From positions 25,179 through 89,178 of the forward strand of contig CAWHGU010000004.1 in assembly GCA_963829005.1 (NCBI GenBank): a stretch of 64,000 nucleotides of DNA, in the 5' to 3' direction. Position 1 is the first letter of the stretch. Every line of letters starts with the position of its first letter. Positions 18,285 through 26,211 of the stretch are shown in pieces. A model generated the notes under the pieces. It saw only the letters and a list, made by a program, of their open reading frames with translations. It did not search any database and was not told the DNA's origin. Position numbers and translations under genes: made by a program. This DNA is from Vulcanimicrobiota bacterium. GTDB taxonomy: Bacteria; Vulcanimicrobiota; Vulcanimicrobiia; Vulcanimicrobiales; Vulcanimicrobiaceae.

Positions 18285-18976
18285 TGCGGGCAAAGCATAT
18301 TGGCATCGTCGCCTGCTCGGCGGAAGGGGCGGCGCTCTGTTATCGCACCATTTGCTCCGAGGGAGCCAAGATGCTCGGTGGGCATATGCATCCACCCGTC
18401 TCGATGCATACAGCCTCGTTCGAAGACTACATGACATGCCTTCGTAACGACGATTGGGAGGGCGTTTCGAGACTTATGGCAGATTCCGCTAATAAACTGT
18501 CCGATATCGGGGCCGAATTGCTGATTTGCCCTGATAATACGATTCATCAAGCATTGCCCAGGGTCGCTTCACAGTCGAGAATTCCATGGCTACATATCGC
18601 AGAGATCGTTGCTGACGAAGCGGTGCGGCGCGGACTCAAGTGCTTGGGCATTTTGGGAACGCGGTGGCTCGTTGATGGCAATGTTTATACCGACAAGCTC
18701 GACGCGCGCAATGTTGCGTACCTTCGGCCGACTCCGACCGAACGCGATGAGGTCGACAGAATTATTTTGGAAGAGCTCGTCTACGGAAACTTTAAGGAGC
18801 AGTCGACCGACTTCGTGCGCAATGTAATAGCGAGTATGAAGAGTGCTGGGTGCGAAGGCGTGATTCTGGGCTGCACTGAGCTTCCGTTGATCATCACTGA
18901 TGCGAATTCCGCCATCCCAGCACTTGACTCAACCAGGCTTCTTGCGTGTGCCGCTCTCCATCGCGCAACCGAATAA
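18281..18976 (+). CDS. aspartate/glutamate racemase family protein
   Basis: IGIVACSAEGAALCY and VILGCTELPLI (two catalytic Cys regions). 4-nt overlap with the upstream gene. Confidence 0.85.
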   Translation: MMRAKHIGIVACSAEGAALCYRTICSEGAKMLGGHMHPPVSMHTASFEDYMTCLRNDDWEGVSRLMADSANKLSDIGAELLICPDNTIHQALPRVASQSRIPWLHIAEIVADEAVRRGLKCLGILGTRWLVDGNVYTDKLDARNVAYLRPTPTERDEVDRIILEELVYGNFKEQSTDFVRNVIASMKSAGCEGVILGCTELPLIITDANSAIPALDSTRLLACAALHRATE

Positions 18977-18985
18977 GATAACGGT

Positions 18986-19126
18986 GTGATCTTCGTTGCG
19001 TCTTGGGCCGAACACTTGCGGCAGCATCAACGCGTGACCAACGCCGATTACGTATTGCAGCAGCACATAAACCAGTTACTTCAAGGCGAAGTGCAAATCA
19101 CTCACTTTATCGCCCCAAGGCCGTAA
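18986..19126 (+). pseudogene. possible C-terminal remnant of an MFS_3-type transporter
   Basis: VIFVASWAEHLRQHQRVTNADYVLQ resembles the ESW-x-EHLRQHERVT tail that I recall from that family. It has no upstream TM region. Confidence 0.25.
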
Positions 19127-19451
19127 GCATAAAACGGAAGGTGCCGCACCCGGACAGCACGTGGCGGCGTACCCCCAGTCGGAGAGCTTCGTCAGCGCCC
19201 GGCGGACGTTTGAGCGATGCAGGGGTGCGTTTGAGTTCGGTACCGTCGGTCCTCGGGGAGCTTCGACCCACGACCTCACTATCGGGTAGACGAGGGCCTG
19301 TGGACGAGTCTCACCGAGCTGGTCACCCCCATCACCGCCTCAAAGTGGAAAATATCTGAGCAGCTAAGGTTTGCTTAGCAGTGAGTTAGGGGAAGCTTGG
19401 CAATAATAACCGCCAATTTTTAAGGCGGCTCCTGGAGGTACCTTAACGTTT

Positions 19452-19796
19452 ATGGCTGCTAAGAAAACCGCGCGTAAGAAATCCGCTACGAAGTCCGGCG
19501 GAAAACGCGCAGTGACTCGGGCGAAGAAAACCGCAAAAAAGGTCGCGCGCGGCGGCAAGAGTCTAGCGAAAAAAGCGACCGCAGCCGCGTCAAAGGTCTC
19601 CCGCAACACCAAAAAAGTTGCCCGAGGGGCTCAGAGGGTGGGTAGAATCGTGAGCACTATCGGGAAGCTGGTTGAGGCCGGGGGCGAAGCGGCCGAGGAT
19701 CTTACGGTTGAGGTTGAAAGCCGGGGTCGGAAAGCTTCGGGTAAGTTGCGTAAGGCCGCCAGCCGAGCGAAGAAAGACACGCGAAACCGCGGCTAG
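19452..19796 (+). CDS. histone H1-like / Hc1-like lysine-alanine-rich basic protein
   Basis: MAAKKTARKKSATKSGGKRAVTRAKKTAKKVARGGKSLAKKATAAASK... is low-complexity and K/A-rich. GGAGG is upstream. Confidence 0.7.
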   Translation: MAAKKTARKKSATKSGGKRAVTRAKKTAKKVARGGKSLAKKATAAASKVSRNTKKVARGAQRVGRIVSTIGKLVEAGGEAAEDLTVEVESRGRKASGKLRKAASRAKKDTRNRG

Positions 19797-19840
19797 CGCT
19801 GCTTTACAGCGCCTCCCGTCGACCTAGGGAATACAATGGC

Positions 19841-20533
19841 ATGAGGTGGATCAGCCTTAAACGCGCTTTCACAAGGCTTGCGGCGGCTGCGACGACGTTC
19901 GGTACGAGCATAAGCCATTCCAAGAAGCTGGACGATCAGGAGCGGAACGACCGAGAGCGTCTCACGGCGCGGGCCATGCAAGCTTATCTGCTCTACGTGC
20001 TTATGCCGCTATGGACTATTCCGGGATTCGGCGACTACTTGTGTCATCGGCGCGCGAAGATCGAGTCGACCAGCGGAACGCAGGAGGCGATTACGCACTC
20101 GCTCATGATGGCGTCGGTCGCAGTTCCTGCATTTCAAGCATTGTTGTTCGAGACCAACGCGCTAACGCTGGTCGTCGGCGCCGGCGCTTTAACCTTCCAC
20201 GAGTTGGTCGTGATCTGGGATGTCGCGTACGCCGCGCCACGCCGCCACGTAAGCGTCACTGAACAGCATTTTCACAGCTTTTTGGAAGTGTTGCCGTTCG
20301 CGACGCTTTCTTTCTTGCTTTGTCTGCGTGCCGATCAAGCACTGGCTATCCTGGGACTCTCAGATGAGCAGCCGGACTTTGCCCTGCGTTTCAAAGCAGA
20401 ACCGCCGCCCCCCGCTTACGTCACCGTACTCCTTGCACTGATAACTCTTTCGATCGGAATTCCATATGCGGAAGAGCTTTTACGTTGCATGCGTGTAAAT
20501 CCATCGCCCCTACCGCGTCCAAAGCAACAGTAA
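19841..20533 (+). CDS. hypothetical integral membrane protein
   Basis: 4-5 predicted TM helices with conserved-looking His residues (CHRRAKIE, THSLMM, FHELVVIWD, EQHFHSFLE). Start codon uncertain. Confidence 0.5.
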   Translation: MRWISLKRAFTRLAAAATTFGTSISHSKKLDDQERNDRERLTARAMQAYLLYVLMPLWTIPGFGDYLCHRRAKIESTSGTQEAITHSLMMASVAVPAFQALLFETNALTLVVGAGALTFHELVVIWDVAYAAPRRHVSVTEQHFHSFLEVLPFATLSFLLCLRADQALAILGLSDEQPDFALRFKAEPPPPAYVTVLLALITLSIGIPYAEELLRCMRVNPSPLPRPKQQ

Positions 20534-20586
20534 CCTGAGAACGCCGCTCGTGCGATTGATTAAGTGCCCCACTCTGCTGTAGCTAG

Positions 20587-21822
20587 CTAGTACGCGAACT
20601 CCTGAAGTTGGTTTACGCCCGGACCGTTCACCCAGCCGGTGCGCGCGCTGGGATTGATCGCGATCTTGATTGGAATCACGAGGTCGCCGGCATCGGTAAA
20701 GTTGAAGCCGTTGATCGATTCGACGAAATGTCCGGTCTCATCGTAAACCTGAATGCTGCTGCCGGAGCTCGAGGAGCCCGAATGGGGCTGAGCGATGAGA
20801 AAGAGCTGATGAATGGGGTCGTTCGCGACGTAGGTGCCTGAGTAGAACTGCGCGACGCCGCTCGGCGGGACGGGAAGCTGCGCGGCCCAGAAACCCGTTT
20901 TTTGTGGGACGTTGTAAATCTCGACGCCGGCGTCCAGCTCGGTCGTCGTGCATGCGATGCCGGTCTTTGAATCGTAGCCGACGCCGTTGGGGAAGCCGCA
21001 TCCTACCCCGCCGTCCGGGCAATTCACACCTGAAAGCTCGGTCATTTTGCCCGACTTCAGATCGAACGTAAAGATGTCGGGCGGCGGACCACCCACCCTG
21101 CCGAAGCTCGGCGACGTCGCCATCACGGCACGATTGTTGACCGTATCCTGCGCCAGTTGCGGTTGCGCCCCGAGCGCGAAATCGTTCTGGTTGAGCTGGA
21201 TGACCTTACCGAACGTATTCTTTCCAACGTCTGATACGATCAGAGCAGTCGCATCGGAACCGACGCGCGGGTAGCCGAAAACCACGCTGGTCGTCGTGCT
21301 TTGGTTTTCGGGAGTTTGCAGGACGTTGAAGAGTTTTACCGGCGGCGTCCAGCGACCGGTGAACTTGTTAGCGGTCACGGGGCTCATGATGCTGTAATGG
21401 TCTTTTGTCGGCGTTTGTCCGGGGATGCCGGCTTTTTGGAAATCGACGAGCCCGACGTCGCGTGCGAAGATGCCGTCGACGACGTAATCGTTGCCCTTCT
21501 GAACGCCGGTACCCTTATGCACGCCGAGCGTCTTGGTGATCTTGCCGCTCGTCGCATCAAACGTTTGCACCGAGACTTCGTTGGCGGTTGCCGACGCCAA
21601 GAGGCCGTCGTTGCCATTTTGATCGACGTCGAATCCGAAGATCTGACCGCCGTCGGAGGTGGAGAGAACCGGCCCGAGCGATCCGCCGTTGTGGGCAATG
21701 GACGAGTGGCTCACGGACACCGTCTCGCTCGGCGGTAGGGTACCCGGTCCGGCACCGGAGCTGCACGCCGACGCCACGGCAAGCGCGACCGGCCCGATGA
21801 TTAACTGATATCGGCGTTTCAT
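20587..21822 (-). CDS. hypothetical lipoprotein (411 aa)
   Basis: Lipobox LAVASAC, beta-rich sequence, no recognised family. Confidence 0.6.
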   Translation of the reverse strand: MKRRYQLIIGPVALAVASACSSGAGPGTLPPSETVSVSHSSIAHNGGSLGPVLSTSDGGQIFGFDVDQNGNDGLLASATANEVSVQTFDATSGKITKTLGVHKGTGVQKGNDYVVDGIFARDVGLVDFQKAGIPGQTPTKDHYSIMSPVTANKFTGRWTPPVKLFNVLQTPENQSTTTSVVFGYPRVGSDATALIVSDVGKNTFGKVIQLNQNDFALGAQPQLAQDTVNNRAVMATSPSFGRVGGPPPDIFTFDLKSGKMTELSGVNCPDGGVGCGFPNGVGYDSKTGIACTTTELDAGVEIYNVPQKTGFWAAQLPVPPSGVAQFYSGTYVANDPIHQLFLIAQPHSGSSSSGSSIQVYDETGHFVESINGFNFTDAGDLVIPIKIAINPSARTGWVNGPGVNQLQEFAY

Positions 21823-21983
21823 GGTGGCGTATGCTATCGGTTAATTGTGAAAAAATCCTGAAGCGATTTCGTCCTCCGAATCCCACAACGGCGCATATGA
21901 GCGGTTTATACTTCTTTCATTTGCAACTCGTATGCTGAGGTGAATCAATCACCAATCGTTTAACAGGAGACTTACAGGGCGAC

Positions 21984-22463
21984 ATGTTCAGAGAATCTTT
22001 AGGAATCTCGGTATTGGTCGGCGCAATAACGCTGGCCTCGTGCGGCGAAGGCGGTGCCGGCGGCGGTGCCACGGGCGGCGGCGGCTTCTATGGCGGCCCG
22101 CCTCCAACGTCCCCGCCGCAACAGCACTCAAACGTTCCCGTTCGTCAGACCGTCGCAGGCAAACCGGCCTTCGTCGATCCATCTAAGAATCACACGCTCT
22201 ACTTCTTAGACGTTGACACGCGGACCGGCGGCACGTGCACCGGTGGCTGTCTTTCGGTATGGTTTCCTCTCGTCCCGAGCCAAGGATCGCGCACGCAAGG
22301 CAACTTTACGATCGTAAATCGATCCGACGGCACAAGCGCGCAGTGGGATTACAGAGACCATCCGCTCTACACATACTCCGGCGATAACGGGCCCGATCAA
22401 GCTAACGGAAACGGCATTCCATTCGCCGGTGGCCACTGGCACATCGCGCGCCCGACGCGCTAA
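21984..22463 (+). CDS. lipoprotein with COG4315-type secreted repeat
   Basis: Lipobox ITLASC, Gly-rich linker, HTLYFLDVD...GGTCTGGCLSVWFPL and HPLYTYSGD repeat signatures. Confidence 0.65.
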   Translation: MFRESLGISVLVGAITLASCGEGGAGGGATGGGGFYGGPPPTSPPQQHSNVPVRQTVAGKPAFVDPSKNHTLYFLDVDTRTGGTCTGGCLSVWFPLVPSQGSRTQGNFTIVNRSDGTSAQWDYRDHPLYTYSGDNGPDQANGNGIPFAGGHWHIARPTR

Positions 22464-22553
22464 AGAACCCACATCATTGTGGAAGCGGCGCGGCCTCTTC
22501 CGCAATCGTTCCGAGTTTTGTCACAATATAGATGCCCCGTTAACGCAAGCAGA

Positions 22554-23858
22554 TCAGCGCAGCGATCTGAAAGCTGCGCGGAGCTCCTCTGAGAAGAGTT
22601 GTGGCTGCTCCCAAGCTGCAAAGTGTCCGCCTTTGGGAATCTCGTCAATGCTGTAATAGATAATCTTGTGGTACACGGTCGCCGTCCAACTTCTCGGGGC
22701 TTGATAGATCTCGCCGGGAAAGACGCTGACGGCAGCCGGGACGTTGACGCTGGTTGCGTTGCTCTTGATGTACCAATAGAAGCGGCACGATGAGATCCCC
22801 GTATTCGTCAAATAGTAGAGCGTGAAGTTATCGAGCAAATCGTCTCGTGTGAAGCCGTCCGCGGGATGTCCATCGATCGTGCGTCCGAGGATGGCTGAGA
22901 GCTGCACGGGCGAGGGCTGGCCCCAGCCGTCGCCGTGGTCCAGCAGCCACGCGGCCAGACCAATGGGTTCCGTCAATCCGTACAGCGTTTGCGGGCGCGT
23001 GCGATTCTCGGATCCGTATGCAAAGTGCAGTGTATCGAACCGCAACAGCTGCTCGTACGCCCGTTTTTCATCGACCGAAAAATTCGCCAACGGCGGATCG
23101 CCGCAGCGCAGCGCCTTCCCAACGGCGGGTGGAATGACGTAAGGGAAGTTGCTATGAATGCCCAGCAGCTCTGGCGGCGCCTGTTGCCCCAGCAGGTTCG
23201 TGACAACCGCCCCCACGTCGCCGCCTTGGGCCACAAACTTGGTGTAGCCAAGTCGTTTCATCAGCACCGTCCACGCGCGTGCGGTTTGGTCCGGGCCCCA
23301 CGCCGTGGCCGGCCTGCTCGAGAACCCGTAGCCGGGTATCGCCGGAATTACGACGTGGAAGGCGTCGGATGCGCTCGCGCCATACGCCGTGGGATTGGTG
23401 AGCGGATCGATAATCTTCAGTTGCTCGATGGGCGAGCCGGGCCATCCGTGGGTGACGATGATCGGCAACGCGTTTTCATGCTTCGAACGAACATGAATAA
23501 AATAGATGTCGAGCCCATCGATCTCAGTCAGGAATTGCGGGAGGGCGTTCAGCTTCGCCTCGCACTTGCGCCAATCGTAGCCCGCGCTCCAATAGCTCGC
23601 AAGCGCCTGCATTGTCGCGAGCGGCACGCCTTGCGCGGTGTCCGCGACCGTTTCTCGCTCAGGCCATCTCGTCGCGTTGATGCGCCGGCGCATGTCGCTA
23701 AGGTCTGCTTCCGGAACATTAGCGCGAAACGGACGAATGGAGGTGCTCATACCTTCGGCCCTTTCTGCGAGACTGCTAAGTCCTAGGGGAACGGCGGCAG
23801 CGGCTAGCGCTGCTGTCCCGCAAAAGCGGCGGCGATTGAGGCCTGGTGCGCTTGACAT
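22554..23858 (-). CDS. epoxide hydrolase (EH N-terminal domain + alpha/beta hydrolase), Tat signal
   Basis: NRRRFCG twin-arginine motif, IRPFRANVPEADLSDMRRRI...RWP, THGWPGS. Paralogue of 51734-53035. Confidence 0.85.
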   Translation of the reverse strand: MSSAPGLNRRRFCGTAALAAAAVPLGLSSLAERAEGMSTSIRPFRANVPEADLSDMRRRINATRWPERETVADTAQGVPLATMQALASYWSAGYDWRKCEAKLNALPQFLTEIDGLDIYFIHVRSKHENALPIIVTHGWPGSPIEQLKIIDPLTNPTAYGASASDAFHVVIPAIPGYGFSSRPATAWGPDQTARAWTVLMKRLGYTKFVAQGGDVGAVVTNLLGQQAPPELLGIHSNFPYVIPPAVGKALRCGDPPLANFSVDEKRAYEQLLRFDTLHFAYGSENRTRPQTLYGLTEPIGLAAWLLDHGDGWGQPSPVQLSAILGRTIDGHPADGFTRDDLLDNFTLYYLTNTGISSCRFYWYIKSNATSVNVPAAVSVFPGEIYQAPRSWTATVYHKIIYYSIDEIPKGGHFAAWEQPQLFSEELRAAFRSLR

Positions 23859-23972
23859 GCAGATTCTCCTATGCCGCTTCCTTTGGCATTCTAGGTTCCG
23901 TTGCCGCGTACCGACCGGAACGCGGCGCGCAGTTCCTGTCTGAACTGCTCACTGCGCGATGAGGCCGACAGA

Positions 23973-25766
23973 TTAGGTTTCCTTTTTGCTTTCCTCGTGC
24001 AACGCGTTCACGATTGCACGTGGAAGGCCCTGAAGCTCTTGCAGCATCAGCGCTTGCGCCTCTCGTATCGACTCTATGACGCCATCGCTTTGGCTCGACA
24101 GGGTGTCTAGCGCCGTCCCAACCCCATGCGCGAGAGCCAGCAACGCCTCCGATTCATCCGGGGCATACACCTCGCCGTCGCGCTTGGGCCCACAGACGAG
24201 CACGCCGACAAGGTCGCCGCGTGAGATCATGGGGAACGCAAACTCGCCGCGCAACTGTGAATCAGGAAACACCTGCAGGTCGATCGGCTTGTTCCACGCG
24301 CGAAGCGCGACAATGCCCGGATCGTTTTCGCTGACGTGCGCCCGCTGGCCATCGGTGGCGAACGCGTAAACGGCCGTGCCGTCGCGAACAAGGATTGCGG
24401 CGCCCTGCGCGCTCGTGTGCTCCTCAACCGTCTGCACGGTCCGATCCAGCAGCGTGGATCGGTCGGAGATATAGGACGCCTCGTGGGCGAAGCGGCGTAA
24501 CGCCGACTCATCCTCGTGCCGCTTGCGGAAAAAGACGCGATCGACGAATCGCTCGACATACCTATGGATATATCGTAGCGCGATGCCGAGACCGAGCGCC
24601 ACGACCATTCCGACGACGGCGCTGGTAGTGTGGGTAGTGCTGGCGAGCCAGGCACTGGCACCCCATTCGGCCAGAACGAATCCACCGATCACGATCGCCG
24701 AAACGATCGTGAAGACGGCGGCGCGGTTCAAGAAGAAGCCGACGTCGATCAACCGACGACTTAGCGCCGCATATGTCAGCGCAACCGGTGCGATGAGAAA
24801 CACTAGATTGCTAACAAGGCGAAGGACAATGGAGACGGCGTAAGATGACGATGAGGTTGCGATCAAAGCAACCATGAAAAAGCCAAAAAAGGCCGCAAGA
24901 GGTACGAGCGTCCACACCGCTCGCTGACGCTCGACGCCGCGGGATGCGGCGATTGCCAGGAGGCCGCAGAGCACAGCCATGAGGACAGCGGCCGTAACCG
25001 AAACTAACCCCGCAATCCCCTCAACGAGAGGGACCGGATCGAACCGCAGCGTGATAACTCCGGCAATCCCAACTAAAGAGATCACAGCGAAGATCACGAG
25101 GAATATGTAACATAGCCATTGTGTGATACGACGAGGCCGCGATAGCGGCTGGGCGAAGCCGCTTGCGAACGCCGCCAACAACGCCACCGACAACGGCGCA
25201 ACTACGCTCAACGAGATGTTCATGAGAACATCCAGCCAGGCCCAGGGGACCGCGAAACCGATTAAGGCGCCCGTCAAAACAAAGGCCGTGAGCCACAACG
25301 ATAGCAGTCGCATCTGGGGCACATCGGCGCGCCGCCATGCAATCAGAGCTGCAAACAGCAGAAGCCAGAGAGCCGCGAACGAGCCGGGCCAGAAAACCCA
25401 CGTAAGTTTTGGCGCCTGCGGTACGACGGTAAGCTTTTCTTGCAGCGAACCCCTCTGCACCAAAAGGGTAAGAGGGCGTCCGTTGAGCGGCGCTTGGAAA
25501 AGCGAATAACGCTCGGTAAGGGTGTTCGCGCGGATGTCAATGAGATCGCCTCGGCGAAGACCGGCGCGGGCAGCTGGCCCGCCCGGGTTGACCGATGTAA
25601 CCGCGAGATTATAGGGGCTCGAAGAGGCGCCGGCATTGGCTCCCCACCACCCCTGCCACGGTGCAGCGCCGCCCATCCCGGTGATGTCAAGGACACCCCC
25701 GATCTGGACAAGCGCCGCAAGAGCGCAAATCGCTAGGAGCACCGGGCGCCATGCAACCCGCCTCAT
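23973..25766 (-). CDS. PDZ / multi-TM / GAF membrane protein with no recognisable output domain
   Basis: N-terminal PDZ-like VTSVNPGGPAARAGLRRGDLI, about 9 TM helices, C-terminal GAF-like region (AAILVRDG...FAFPMISRGDLVGVLVCGP). Confidence 0.75.
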   Translation of the reverse strand: MRRVAWRPVLLAICALAALVQIGGVLDITGMGGAAPWQGWWGANAGASSSPYNLAVTSVNPGGPAARAGLRRGDLIDIRANTLTERYSLFQAPLNGRPLTLLVQRGSLQEKLTVVPQAPKLTWVFWPGSFAALWLLLFAALIAWRRADVPQMRLLSLWLTAFVLTGALIGFAVPWAWLDVLMNISLSVVAPLSVALLAAFASGFAQPLSRPRRITQWLCYIFLVIFAVISLVGIAGVITLRFDPVPLVEGIAGLVSVTAAVLMAVLCGLLAIAASRGVERQRAVWTLVPLAAFFGFFMVALIATSSSSYAVSIVLRLVSNLVFLIAPVALTYAALSRRLIDVGFFLNRAAVFTIVSAIVIGGFVLAEWGASAWLASTTHTTSAVVGMVVALGLGIALRYIHRYVERFVDRVFFRKRHEDESALRRFAHEASYISDRSTLLDRTVQTVEEHTSAQGAAILVRDGTAVYAFATDGQRAHVSENDPGIVALRAWNKPIDLQVFPDSQLRGEFAFPMISRGDLVGVLVCGPKRDGEVYAPDESEALLALAHGVGTALDTLSSQSDGVIESIREAQALMLQELQGLPRAIVNALHEESKKET

Positions 25767-25858
25767 GGTCGGATCTTAACCGATTTCCGGCCTTGAAGAA
25801 ACGCCTGGCGCTTTGGGTGGCCGCGGTCACCGACGATCTTCGCGATCAAGCGAATCGT

Positions 25859-25891
25859 GGGGTCGGGGGTTCGAGTCCCCCATCTCCACCA
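25859..25891 (+). repeat. tmRNA/tRNA-like 3' end, copy E
   Basis: GGGGTCGGGGGTTCGAGTCCCCCATCTCCACCA is identical to copy A across the T-arm and acceptor. Confidence 0.7.
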
Positions 25892-25899
25892 TTGAAAAA

Positions 25900-25938
25900 C
25901 GTCCGATTCCTTGAGGGATTTCGGCGATTTTGGTTTTT
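25900..25938 (+). terminator. intrinsic terminator attached to copy E
   Basis: CGTCCGATTCC-TTGA-GGGATTTCGGCG hairpin followed by ATTTTGGTTTTT. Confidence 0.55.
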
Positions 25939-26003
25939 CGCGCAAGACGAGCAGAGCGCGCGCTTACGGAAGTTGGCCTTGCATAGCCGCGTTCCAGCGG
26001 CCG

Positions 26004-26025
26004 ATCTCCACCATGAAAACGCGCC
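26004..26025 (+). repeat. tmRNA/tRNA-like 3' end, copy F (acceptor-CCA core plus downstream motif only)
   Basis: ATCTCCACCATGAAAACGCGCC compared with copy A ATCTCCACCATCGAAAACGCCC. Confidence 0.5.
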
Positions 26026-26211
26026 CGTCAAAATGAATGGCTCTTAAGCGCGCACCCTTAGACACGACCTCACCGCGCTACTGGGCTCTAAGACGAGACA
26101 GCGGCCGGTCCATACGGGCGGCCGGCATCAGAACCACCCGGACCGGGACGCGTCGAATAGGGTTGCGTTCCCGAGAAAGCCAACAGGCCAACAAAGTATG
26201 CAAAGCGTACG

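Noticed and set aside
3090-25850. Integrase, excisionase, transposase, relaxase or phage genes that would make the repeat-bounded blocks canonical islands or prophages
   Set aside because: I read all six frames of the ORF track for R-H-R-Y integrase, DDE or serine-recombinase signatures and found none. Mobility is therefore inferred only from the repeats.
2851-26025. Complete tRNA genes at the T-arm/CCA repeats
   Set aside because: No D-arm, 7-nt anticodon loop or complementary 5' acceptor strand precedes any copy. In copy D the identity starts inside the T-loop.
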